Origin: Candidatus Scalinduaceae bacterium | GTDB taxonomy: Bacteria > Planctomycetota > Brocadiia > Brocadiales > Scalinduaceae | DNA: 64,000 bases | Direction of reading: 5' to 3' | Assembly (NCBI GenBank): GCA_046759445.1 | Contig: JBHICG010000005.1 | Location: forward strand, 1-64,000 | Part shown: positions 44,086 to 54,012 of the stretch, in pieces | How positions within the stretch are numbered: the first letter of the stretch is position 1 | Layout: every line of letters begins with the position of its first letter | Notes under the pieces: model-generated | Seen by the model: only the letters and a program-made list of their open reading frames with translations | What the model was told of the DNA's origin: nothing | Databases searched by the model: none | Position numbers and translations under genes: made by a program

Positions 44086-45312
44086 ATGGTTCTAGAATCT
44101 ACAATTAATTATCAGAGACGCTCGGTCATGTGCTCATTCGTAGTGTGTATGGGATTGTTGTTAGTGATTGTGATGTCAATGCTTGGATGTGCCATGGTGA
44201 CTCCTGTGGCAGGTTCACGGCATGTAACACTCATAGCTACTGTAGAGAGTAGTTGGGAGAGACAGACCCAACAATTAGCTCAGGAGGGAATAATCACTGC
44301 AAGTGCCAGGCAAAGCCTGGCATTGGCCGAATTTACCCCCAGATCTGATTTATATTGGACACGCTTGGCCATGTGGTTAGAACACGGCAAATCTGAAGGT
44401 AAGGCTATCTGTGAGCTAGAGGAAACCTACCGAGTAAATGAAGATGGCGAGTATACAGTACGCCTGGATGGAGTGGCAGAAGCGGGACCCATACCAGTAG
44501 ACACGATCGAATATGAGCTTGAAATATCTATTGAAGTTCGTTCTGGCGTAGACAATCACGTAATTGGACAGATGTTCAGGACAATTCGCCCCAGGATTGC
44601 AACTTTAGAGAGTCAGAGCTGGTTATGGTTGAGTCCGTCGGAGAAACTGGATCCACTGACAGTTGAAATGAAAGCAGATGATGAGTATCTTGTACATACT
44701 CGACTCGCCCTTTCCGCACGGAGGGGGCTTAGAACTAGTGATAAAACAATGTCAGTGGATGGAGGGTTTCGGCTGGTGGTTGAACCTATGAGTCAGGTAC
44801 AGACTAGGGAAGAACTGGCCAGGTCTCTGGCTCAGGAATTGACTGCAATGTGGTCGAGAGAGGGTCTGGAAATAGCAGAAAATCCTCAACTACAGGATGC
44901 TGCACAATCCCTCTCCCGTTTGTTTCTTAATGAGGCTGTTTGGTACGTGGATATACATATTCCTCGCGACAACAGATTTGCTTGTTATGAACACGCAAGA
45001 ATTGTGCGCGAGTGGTACGAGTCTCGTATGCGGCTTGATTCCAACCTGGCTCGGTGGTTTCGCATGACCACGGTACGGAGGGATACCTTGTTAATCTGGC
45101 AGTCCTCTAACTTAATAACTCCAAATGTCAAAGAAGACCCAGAAGGGTGGCTGTATGACGGAACGGGTATAGTACTTGAACCCAAGATTGGGGCAGCCGG
45201 TGACTTTTATGGTCGTTACTTAACGGCAGAGGAGTTTCAAATGTGGGGGAAATTGCCTAAACTCCAGCGGACGGCCCAATCGTTCTCACGGAGTGATGAA
45301 TATATACCGTGA
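44086..45312 (+). CDS. Hypothetical putative lipoprotein
   Basis: 408-aa ORF with hydrophobic N-terminus and LGC lipobox; visibly GC-richer than its flanks; start uncertain. Confidence 0.65.
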   Translation: MVLESTINYQRRSVMCSFVVCMGLLLVIVMSMLGCAMVTPVAGSRHVTLIATVESSWERQTQQLAQEGIITASARQSLALAEFTPRSDLYWTRLAMWLEHGKSEGKAICELEETYRVNEDGEYTVRLDGVAEAGPIPVDTIEYELEISIEVRSGVDNHVIGQMFRTIRPRIATLESQSWLWLSPSEKLDPLTVEMKADDEYLVHTRLALSARRGLRTSDKTMSVDGGFRLVVEPMSQVQTREELARSLAQELTAMWSREGLEIAENPQLQDAAQSLSRLFLNEAVWYVDIHIPRDNRFACYEHARIVREWYESRMRLDSNLARWFRMTTVRRDTLLIWQSSNLITPNVKEDPEGWLYDGTGIVLEPKIGAAGDFYGRYLTAEEFQMWGKLPKLQRTAQSFSRSDEYIP

Positions 45313-45646
45313 ATGGGATACCACTAACCAAGAAATTCATGATACTAGAAACGTATTGTACTAAATCAAATTAATTTTAATTGCCATTCTTGTTTATTAT
45401 TGTTTCATAGCAAATAATTTATCTTACAAATATATTGAATGCTGGTAATGTTTTTTTGATCCGAAAATAAAATATGGAATCCTCCCAAAAGGTAGTCAAT
45501 AAACCCACTTTTGCGGGAAACTCAATTTTATATGGATTTGCTAAGTTAAGGTTTTGTTTGCATTATTTTTTCATTTTTGTAAAATTACACTTTTTTATTT
45601 CTATTATTAGAAGAGTATCGCTAAACAGAAAGGTAATTTTAATTAA

Positions 45647-48358
45647 ATGGGAGTGGTTAAATTAACCATAAATGGAAAAACTTATGAAGTGGAACAGGAA
45701 AAGACTATACTTGAAGCGGCAAGAGAAAATGACATATGGATTCCAACCCTTTGTTATGATAAACGCCTCGACCCATACGGCGGGTGCAGGATATGCCTGG
45801 TTGAAGTTGAAGGTGCAAGACAATTACTAACTTCATGTACGACCAGAGTAGGTGAAGGCATGGTCGTAAATACAGAATCTAAGAATGTTATCAGTACAAG
45901 GAAGGGTGTGCTTGAATATATCTTATCAGATCATCCTCTTGATTGTATGACTTGCGAGGCTACAGGTTGCTGTGAACTTCAAGACCTTGCTTATACGATA
46001 GGCGTCGATGGGCTTAATTATAGAGATGAGGACAAAAGAGGCGGAGTTATCCCTGATAGGAATGAGCTTATTTACAGAGAAACTCCTAAATGCATAAGAT
46101 GCGGCCGTTGTGTAAGGATATGTGGTGAAGTCCAGCAAGACCATGCGATAGAGTTTGGAGGCAGGGGTTTTAAAATGTGGGTTTCGACTCCTTTTGGTGA
46201 GTCTTTGCTGGATGGTACGTGTGTTCTTTGTGGGCAATGCGTATCTACATGTCCAACTGGCGCTTTATTTGAGAAAAAGGCGATGGGCAAAGGCCGTTCT
46301 TTCCAGATAAAAAAGGTGAGGACTACATGTGGCTATTGCAGTATCGGATGCCAGATTGATATTCACACCAATCATAAAGGCATAATCAAAATAACCTCTG
46401 AAGTAGGAGTCGTGCCAAACAATGGGAATCTTTGCACAAAGGGCAGATTTGCATATGATTTCGTTAACCATCCAGATAGGCTTACCACTCCCATGGTTAG
46501 AAAGAATAATAATCTTGAAAAGGCTAGCTGGGATGATGCCTATGATGTTATTACCAAAAAATTAAAAGATATAAAGTCAAAATATGGTAATGACTCTATA
46601 TCATTTATAAGTTCAGGACGTTGTACAAATGAAGAAAATTATCTATTGCAAAAGTTAGCAAGGGCAGTCATTGGTACTAATAATATTGATCAATCAGAAA
46701 CAGAATGTCATGCAGCAACTTTAGGTGGCCTTAAGACCTCTCTTGGCTACGGTGCCACTACAAACTCAATCGAAGAAATCACAAAATCAGACGCTATATT
46801 AGTCATTGGGGCCAACGTCACAGAAGCGCATCCCATAATAGGGCTTGAGGTAAAAAAAGCGGTACGAAACGGCACAAAACTAATTGTGGCCGATACACGC
46901 TTGATCTGGTTAACAGAGATTGCAAAGACTTACTTAAACCTTGTGCCCGGAACTGATACGTTCCTCATCAACACTATAATAAACGTAATTATCAATGAAG
47001 GTCTCTACGACGAGAAATTTATAGAGGAAAGAACTGAAGATTTTAAGACGCTTAAGAATGCAGTAACAAAAAATGAACCAGGAAAGGCTGAAAGTATAAC
47101 GGGTGTAGCAGAGGAAAAGATTAAAGAAGCCGCCCGAATCTATGCTAATGCGAAAAAGGCAACAATATTATACGGAAATGGCATAACCCAACACAGGTCA
47201 GGTATCGATAATGTAAAGAGCCTTGTGAATCTAGCCTTGCTGACGGGTAATATCGGTAAAGAAGGTACAGGTATAAATCCACTTATGGGTCAGAATAACG
47301 GCCAGGGAGCTTTCGATATGGGAGCTATTCCTGAATTCTATCCAGGCTATCAACCAGTTTCTGAGCGTACGACTCGTAAAAAATTCGAAGATATATATAA
47401 AGTATCTTTACCTAAAAATAAAGGCTTACATATCAGGGAGATGCTTGATAAGGCTTACAAAGGGAAGATCAAGGCAATGTATATTATGGGTGCAGATATC
47501 CTGATAAGTGAACCAGATACGACAAGAGTAAAGAAGGCACTTAATAATCTGGAATTGTTGATAGTACAGGATATATTTATGTCAAACACGGCTCAATATG
47601 CAGATGTACTGTTACCGGCAGCTTGTTTTGCGGAAAAGGATGGCACATTTACGAATATAGAAAGGCGTGTACAAAGGACAAGAAAGACTGTTTCACCACC
47701 AGGTGAGGCAAAAGCAGATTGGAAGATAATTTCTGAAATTTCAAACCGCATGGATTATCCCGTGAATTATAATTCACCCGAAGACGTCTGGGAAGAGATA
47801 CGAACGGTTTCTCTGAACTATGCCGGGATTAATTATAAAAGAATTGAAAATGGGGGAGTACAATGGCCTTGTCCTGATACTAATCATCCTGGTACAAAAT
47901 TTTTATATGAAGAAACGTTTGTCAATGGGAAAGCAAAGTTCTCCACAACAGAAAGCAAATCACCTCTTGAAAAGGCTGATAAAAACTATCCGTTTATCCT
48001 TAGTACTGGACGAACTCTTTACCACTTTAATAGCGGCACCATGACGCACAGGACAAAAGGGAGTACACAAAAACAACCTTACGCATTTGTAGAAATTTCA
48101 CATGAAGACGCCGAAGATGCTGGAATAAAAGATGGAGAAATAGTAAGGGTAACTACAAGACGCGGGCAGATAACCATATCTGCTAACATCACAAACAGAG
48201 TAGTGCCAAAGCAAATCTGGATTCCATTTCATTTTGTAAGCGCACAAGCAAATCTACTAACAATAGACCCTTGTAATGCTTCGCATGCGGACGGCAATTC
48301 AAGTTCTATGCCCGAGTACAAAATCTGTGCGGCAAAGATTGAAAAGGTACAACAATAG
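45647..48358 (+). CDS. Formate dehydrogenase alpha-like molybdopterin oxidoreductase with NuoG-like N-terminal Fe-S module
   Basis: IPTLC..CRIC..C, HPLDCMTC, two CxxCxxCxxxC, CGYCSIGC...LCTKG, EKDGTFTN.ERR, C-terminal PEYKICA. Confidence 0.88.
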   Translation: MGVVKLTINGKTYEVEQEKTILEAARENDIWIPTLCYDKRLDPYGGCRICLVEVEGARQLLTSCTTRVGEGMVVNTESKNVISTRKGVLEYILSDHPLDCMTCEATGCCELQDLAYTIGVDGLNYRDEDKRGGVIPDRNELIYRETPKCIRCGRCVRICGEVQQDHAIEFGGRGFKMWVSTPFGESLLDGTCVLCGQCVSTCPTGALFEKKAMGKGRSFQIKKVRTTCGYCSIGCQIDIHTNHKGIIKITSEVGVVPNNGNLCTKGRFAYDFVNHPDRLTTPMVRKNNNLEKASWDDAYDVITKKLKDIKSKYGNDSISFISSGRCTNEENYLLQKLARAVIGTNNIDQSETECHAATLGGLKTSLGYGATTNSIEEITKSDAILVIGANVTEAHPIIGLEVKKAVRNGTKLIVADTRLIWLTEIAKTYLNLVPGTDTFLINTIINVIINEGLYDEKFIEERTEDFKTLKNAVTKNEPGKAESITGVAEEKIKEAARIYANAKKATILYGNGITQHRSGIDNVKSLVNLALLTGNIGKEGTGINPLMGQNNGQGAFDMGAIPEFYPGYQPVSERTTRKKFEDIYKVSLPKNKGLHIREMLDKAYKGKIKAMYIMGADILISEPDTTRVKKALNNLELLIVQDIFMSNTAQYADVLLPAACFAEKDGTFTNIERRVQRTRKTVSPPGEAKADWKIISEISNRMDYPVNYNSPEDVWEEIRTVSLNYAGINYKRIENGGVQWPCPDTNHPGTKFLYEETFVNGKAKFSTTESKSPLEKADKNYPFILSTGRTLYHFNSGTMTHRTKGSTQKQPYAFVEISHEDAEDAGIKDGEIVRVTTRRGQITISANITNRVVPKQIWIPFHFVSAQANLLTIDPCNASHADGNSSSMPEYKICAAKIEKVQQ

Positions 48359-48462
48359 AAAGTAAACCTAAAAATAATAATTTTCTAAATTTAATATAAT
48401 AAGATACATATATATTATATTACCTGTCCTGTTATCCTGTCAAAAAAACATTATCTATTATA

Positions 48463-49860
48463 ATGAAAACATATGACTTGTTAATTATTGGTGGTGGCCC
48501 TGGAGGTTATGTTGCTGCTATTAAGGGTGCACAATTAGGTTTAAGTGTGGGGCTTGTAGAAAGGGACAAGGTTGGAGGAAATTGTCTTCACAAGGGTTGT
48601 ATACCTACAAAGGCCCTGATCCACTCAACACATTTATACGAAATGTGTAAAAGGGGCAAAGAGTACGGTATAATCATAGATGGCCTTAATGCGGACTTTA
48701 GTGAATTTCACAGACGGAAAGAAACTATCGTAAAAAGATTGTTTGGTGGTATAGAACATTTACTCAAGAAAAACAATGTTGACGTATTAAGGGGCACGGG
48801 ACAGATAGTTTCTCCAAAAAATGTTCTGATTAAGGAAGACGATAAGATTAAAGAAGAATTATCAGTTAAGAATATCATTATTGCAACTGGTTCTTCTCCT
48901 GTAGTTTTTGATGGTATACCGTTTGATAAAAAGAGCGTATTAACGAGTGATGAGATACTGGAATTAGAAGAAATACCCTCTTCGCTTTTGATTATTGGGG
49001 GCGGCGCAATAGGGGTTGAGTTTGCCTATGTCTATAATGCCCTCGGAACTAGTGTTACTGTGATTGAAATGATGGATGAAATTCTTCCGATGGACGATAA
49101 AGATATAGGAAGTACATTGAGAAAGAGTCTTTCAAAAAAAGGCATTAAGTTCCTTACCCAAACTGCCTTTGACAGTATTGAAATAAAGGAAAATACAACT
49201 GAGACAACAGTTAAGAAAAAGGATGGTACAACAGAATTGCTCCAAAGTGAAAAAATCCTGCTGGCATTAGGGAGAAAACCTGAAACTAAAGATTTGGGCT
49301 TGGAAGGACTTGACCTCGAGTTTAAGGGAAAATTCATAGGCGTAAATGAAAATATGGAGACAAACCAACCTGGTATATTTGCAATTGGAGACGTTAACGG
49401 TCCTCCTCTACTGGCCCACCTGGCATCTGCGCAGGGTTTGCTTGTTGTTAATAAAATTGCAGGAAGGGATTTTGCGCCATTAAACAAAAACGCAATTCCA
49501 AGGGTAACCTATTCCAATCCTCAGGTCGCGGGTGTTGGTATGAGCCAGGAAGAAGCCGTAAAAGAAGGTTACGAGGTAAAGATTGGAAAATTCCCATTTA
49601 TGGCTAACGGTAAGACTCAGATAATAGGAGAAGGGGAGGATGGGTTTATAAAGGTTATAACTGATGCAGCAAGTGGAGAAATATTGGGCGTGCACCTGAT
49701 TGGTCATGAAGTAGGGGAGTTGATAGGAGGAATGTCACTTGCTATGAATCTGGAAGCAACGAATCTGGAAGTTAGCGCCAACATATTCCCGCATCCAACA
49801 CTTTCCGAGGTTTTCAGTGAGGTCTTCCATGCAATCGAAGGCAAGGCAATACATATCTGA
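48463..49860 (+). CDS. lpdA: Dihydrolipoamide dehydrogenase
   Basis: GGGPGGY, GGNCLHKGCIPTK, GGGAIGVE, HPTLSE. Confidence 0.95.
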   Translation: MKTYDLLIIGGGPGGYVAAIKGAQLGLSVGLVERDKVGGNCLHKGCIPTKALIHSTHLYEMCKRGKEYGIIIDGLNADFSEFHRRKETIVKRLFGGIEHLLKKNNVDVLRGTGQIVSPKNVLIKEDDKIKEELSVKNIIIATGSSPVVFDGIPFDKKSVLTSDEILELEEIPSSLLIIGGGAIGVEFAYVYNALGTSVTVIEMMDEILPMDDKDIGSTLRKSLSKKGIKFLTQTAFDSIEIKENTTETTVKKKDGTTELLQSEKILLALGRKPETKDLGLEGLDLEFKGKFIGVNENMETNQPGIFAIGDVNGPPLLAHLASAQGLLVVNKIAGRDFAPLNKNAIPRVTYSNPQVAGVGMSQEEAVKEGYEVKIGKFPFMANGKTQIIGEGEDGFIKVITDAASGEILGVHLIGHEVGELIGGMSLAMNLEATNLEVSANIFPHPTLSEVFSEVFHAIEGKAIHI

Positions 49861-49913
49861 TAATAAATACCGGTTCGCCTCTTCCATCTCGTAGGTGGAA
49901 TGGCTGCATTTAT

Positions 49914-50432
49914 TTAAGTAACTTTTTTTCTGCCTTTCATATATTTTTGATAACGCTCTATACCGACGCACTGACTTCCTACGGGACACTTTTCAATACA
50001 GCTTTCGGGTAAATCACGCTGTATCATTTCCCCACAACTCTCACAGGTAAATTCATTCTCGAAGCCAGCTACTGATGCTGTACCATTCTTATGACAGTGT
50101 GGACATGTTACGTCTACAATTTCTATCCTTTTTATCTTTTCAGCACCAGGACATTGAAAGATACTGGGGTTTTTAAATTCCTCTGTAGAACGCTGAGAAA
50201 CCTTTTTTACTTTTGAAATGGTTTGGGTGGCTAAAATACGAAGAGACATTCGCTGTTCTTTCCTTAAGAATTCTTGAAGAGTCTTCATGGCTTCGCTATT
50301 ACCTTTTCCTATTCTACCAATTTCTTCAAGAGCCTGCTTCACCTTCTCGACATTCTCATTATACAAATTTTGCGAAAGCAATTTAATAACCGCAAAGTCC
50401 CCCTCTCCGTTCTCTGTGGTTAACTTTTTCAT
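49914..50432 (-). CDS. HEAT-repeat plus Cys-rich (8 Cys) metal-binding protein
   Basis: Helical HEAT-like N-terminus; CPG..CPHC..CESC..CIEKC..C C-terminus. Confidence 0.7.
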   Translation of the reverse strand: MKKLTTENGEGDFAVIKLLSQNLYNENVEKVKQALEEIGRIGKGNSEAMKTLQEFLRKEQRMSLRILATQTISKVKKVSQRSTEEFKNPSIFQCPGAEKIKRIEIVDVTCPHCHKNGTASVAGFENEFTCESCGEMIQRDLPESCIEKCPVGSQCVGIERYQKYMKGRKKVT

Positions 50433-50684
50433 TATGGAACCAACTTAACAAGCTCTATTAGAAATGTCAATAAAATCAATAACATATGAATTCTTGAGAT
50501 GGACAACGCAAATATATGCTCTTGACACTTGACAATTTTATATGCAATACATATTATTGTTCTTAAGAAGTAAGTTGTGAGTAGTAGCGGGCAATTTTAT
50601 TTTGTAAAATTGCTAAGATCAAGAATTTATAATTTGAAATATGGGATGTGTTCCTAATAGACCATTAGAAAAAAAGGAGAACAA

Positions 50685-51758
50685 ATGAATATAATTAAAT
50701 TTACTGCAATTAGCTGTTTATTGGCCCTTGTCGTTATCAATGCTGTGTTGCCTACATTTACTACTGCAGGGGGTTTGATTGATATGGGTTATGGCAGAGG
50801 TGGAAGGATGGCGGGTGGAGTTAAATCACCAAGTTCAGAAGAACCTATTAAACCAATTCCGATTAATTTTGATTACGACCGAGCAAAGGTGGAATTAGGA
50901 AAGAAATTGTTTTTTGAACCCAGATTGTCCAAATCCGGTTGGATTACTTGTAATTCCTGTCATAACCTCTCGACAGGTGGTGCAGACAATTTGCCAAGCT
51001 CTATCGGACATAAATGGCTATTTGGTCCGATAAACTCACCTACCGTCCTGAATGCAAGATTCAATCTGGCACAATTCTGGGATGGCCGTGCGAAGGACTT
51101 GAAAGAGCAGGCAGGAGGCCCCATAGCCAATCCTAGTGAAATGGCCTCATCCCATGAGATTGCAGTGAGTGTATTGCAATCAATACCGGAATATGTGCAA
51201 TGGTTTAGGGAAGTTTATGGAGATGGAAAAATTGACATTGATCAGGTCACTGATGCTATTGCAGCATTTGAAGAGACTTTAACCACACCAAACTCAAGAT
51301 TTGATATGTGGTTAAAAGGCTATGATAAATACATTTCCAAATCGGAGAAGGAAGGATATGATCTATTTAAGGATAAAGGTTGTATAACCTGCCATAATGG
51401 TGTTGGTGTTGGAGGAAACTCTTATCAGAAATTTGGAATGGCAAAACCATATGACAAAGACACACATACTCTTGGCAGATACAACGTAACAAAAGATGAG
51501 AAAGATAAATACGTATTCAAAGTTCCACTGCTAAGAAATATTGAACTAACAGCTCCCTATTTCCACGACGCAAGTACATGGAGTTTGAGTGAGGCAGTTA
51601 ATATCATGGCCGAATATCAGTTAGGATTAAGTCTTACTGATAATGAAACGAACAAAATTGTTGCATTTCTACGAACCTTGACTGGAGAGCAACCTGAAAT
51701 CATTTTTCCAACTCTGCCACCCTCAACTGCAAACACTCCAGAACCAAATCGCAATTGA
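50685..51758 (+). CDS. Di-heme cytochrome c peroxidase (CcpA/MauG family)
   Basis: CNSCH and CITCH heme motifs; LGKKLFFEPRLS, NSPTVLNA, QFWDGRA, FKVPLLRNIELTAPYFHD. Confidence 0.94.
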   Translation: MNIIKFTAISCLLALVVINAVLPTFTTAGGLIDMGYGRGGRMAGGVKSPSSEEPIKPIPINFDYDRAKVELGKKLFFEPRLSKSGWITCNSCHNLSTGGADNLPSSIGHKWLFGPINSPTVLNARFNLAQFWDGRAKDLKEQAGGPIANPSEMASSHEIAVSVLQSIPEYVQWFREVYGDGKIDIDQVTDAIAAFEETLTTPNSRFDMWLKGYDKYISKSEKEGYDLFKDKGCITCHNGVGVGGNSYQKFGMAKPYDKDTHTLGRYNVTKDEKDKYVFKVPLLRNIELTAPYFHDASTWSLSEAVNIMAEYQLGLSLTDNETNKIVAFLRTLTGEQPEIIFPTLPPSTANTPEPNRN

Positions 51759-52005
51759 TTTTATACTGTTGACATTCATTTTAGACAGGATTTGCAGTAT
51801 AATTATTTTTTTTCGTTATTGAGTTCTTTGATTTTCCGTGTATTTCCGTGGTTAACTTTTTCAATTACTTCCCTGGAGATATGCGTTAAAGAAAGAAATT
51901 AGAGGCAGACTAAAAGTAGTCAGTAAGCTATAGATGGAAGAGTTGAAAAAGGGTCCCTTATGGAATATTCATAGGAACTGTTTGTTAGTTTTTATATTGT
52001 TATTA

Positions 52006-52530
52006 CTAGAGGCATGTGCTCAATTCTAAATACATTTTTAGCCCCTTTTTCATAGACTCAAAGGCAAATTGATCATAATCAATTTTACCTCTATCGATCC
52101 ATTTTATCGCTGCAACTTCATTACCTATTGTTATTTCAGGAATTTCCTTAAGCTTAATGACAAAAAACAAATCTAGCGAGTGATATTCTACACATTTGTA
52201 CAGATACACATTTGGAAATGATCCTATATAAAACATTTTGGGTACCGGAATATTCAATTCTTCTAGAATCTCCCTTTTTAGGGCAGATTCGGCGGATTCG
52301 TTTATGTCAACAAAACCGCCAGGAAGACCTAACATTCCTTTACATGGATCGTATTTTCTGACGCAGGCAAGTATTTGATTGCGGCATTCAATTATGCCTG
52401 CAGCAGAAGCTGCTACATTTTGAAAATATGTGAATCCGCACGATTCGCAGAAAAATTGTTTCGAATTAATCTTCTTATACTGATCGGACCCACACTGCAG
52501 GCAATAATTAATTGTAACTTCTTCGGCCAT
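52006..52530 (-). CDS. NUDIX hydrolase with N-terminal zinc ribbon
   Basis: YCLQCG..CESCG; Nudix box PGGFVDINESAESALKREILEEL; start placed at MAEEV. Confidence 0.88.
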   Translation of the reverse strand: MAEEVTINYCLQCGSDQYKKINSKQFFCESCGFTYFQNVAASAAGIIECRNQILACVRKYDPCKGMLGLPGGFVDINESAESALKREILEELNIPVPKMFYIGSFPNVYLYKCVEYHSLDLFFVIKLKEIPEITIGNEVAAIKWIDRGKIDYDQFAFESMKKGLKMYLELSTCL

Positions 52531-52900
52531 TTTTAATGAATTATGAATCGGGATAGGATAGAGTATCGCGACTTTCATCCTTCCACATACAACGTTATCA
52601 GAAGTCTTTGCCGAAGCCTTCCATACAATCAAGGTAAAGCGATACACATTTGAAACAAAGACAAATAAATATGGCAAGTCAAATTTATAATAACGATCCT
52701 CACCACACGAGGATAATGCTGAATATTATTTACCACGCAAGAATGAATACAGCATTTTTTTATTGCTGTATATTCATATGAGTTACTCAAGATTTATCTT
52801 TTTTAATATTTAATCATAATATCAGATACTAATTGAAACAGTTAAACGATTTAATCAAATGATGTGAGCTGCGTGCTTTGTGTTGTGTGTCATTTTATGT

Positions 52901-53482
52901 TCATTTTAAAATAACTTTAGCTGCTCTAAACCAACTGATAATTAGACAAATTATAAATATGACTCCTATTATTAACAAAGAAATCTCAATAGGAATTGGC
53001 AACTTAGCTATATTTCCAAAACGCATAAAAATATAAGCAATAATACAGCTTATGGAAGGTAATATAAAATAGAGAAGGGGAAGTAACCATACTATAAATG
53101 ACGGCTTTTTATTCACACTTTTTAATTCTTGTCGTATATTTTGAATATAATGTGACCAACCTATTTTGTTTTGAGAGGTTGTTATTTGATTGATTTGACT
53201 TTCAATATTTTCCCTTATATATGTACCTAATAGAAATATGTGATGAGAATGATCTGTCCATATGAATCCAAATATAGTCAAAATCCAGGGGATTATTATT
53301 AGTAACGGAGAATATATTGAAGGGTCTTTAGATATGAATGCTAATGTTGAACCTAAGGAAATTATTGAACCAGTTATGCATATAAACTGCTCTTTTGATC
53401 TTCTTTCTATCTCTTTTCTTATTTCTTGATATTCCGTTATTAACCATTGAATCATGTAATTTTTTTGGTTATCACTAATCAT
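52901..53482 (-). CDS. Hypothetical 4-TM membrane protein (very AT-rich)
   Basis: EYQEIRKEI motif, four hydrophobic segments, YIRENIE. Confidence 0.7.
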   Translation of the reverse strand: MISDNQKNYMIQWLITEYQEIRKEIERRSKEQFICITGSIISLGSTLAFISKDPSIYSPLLIIIPWILTIFGFIWTDHSHHIFLLGTYIRENIESQINQITTSQNKIGWSHYIQNIRQELKSVNKKPSFIVWLLPLLYFILPSISCIIAYIFMRFGNIAKLPIPIEISLLIIGVIFIICLIISWFRAAKVILK

Positions 53483-54012
53483 ATTTCTATGCTCTACCTT
53501 TCAAAAATAGTAGATATTTTACAATGACTATTGGTAATTTACATACTCACCAATTTTGGTTTAAAAATCAATAATTCTATACCGTAAAAGTAGCTTATTT
53601 AATTTGCTTATTCAAATAAAAAAATAAAAGAAAACGCTTTGTATAATTTACACTATGTATATCATTTATAAACTGATTATTTCCTAGAACAACCTCTTCT
53701 ACTGGATCGTGAAAAGGTTTACTTCTGGTATTGCTGCGATTGAATATGTGATGTAAAGATGAGCGGGTGGATGTTGTGCCTTATCGAGATAAGGCATGCA
53801 ATATTTATAACATAATTTTTGAAGATGGTAATTATTTTTATTGATAGGGCTATCAAATAGTAATAAGATTATTTACATTATTATTTCACTACTTTTTATA
53901 TTGTAACTGTAAAATATCTTAAACAACGATAAATTTAAAAATAGTCAATGATATTATCAAGACCCGTGTAACCTATTAACAAACGCTTTATCTTAGAATT
54001 ACAATAATAAAG

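Noticed and set aside
46690..46720. Selenocysteine at the FDH-like active site
   Set aside because: The codon is TGT (Cys) and the ORF is uninterrupted.
53777..53799. Palindrome TGCCTTATC-GA-GATAAGGCA
   Set aside because: Single occurrence; it could be a REP remnant or terminator but has no supporting context.
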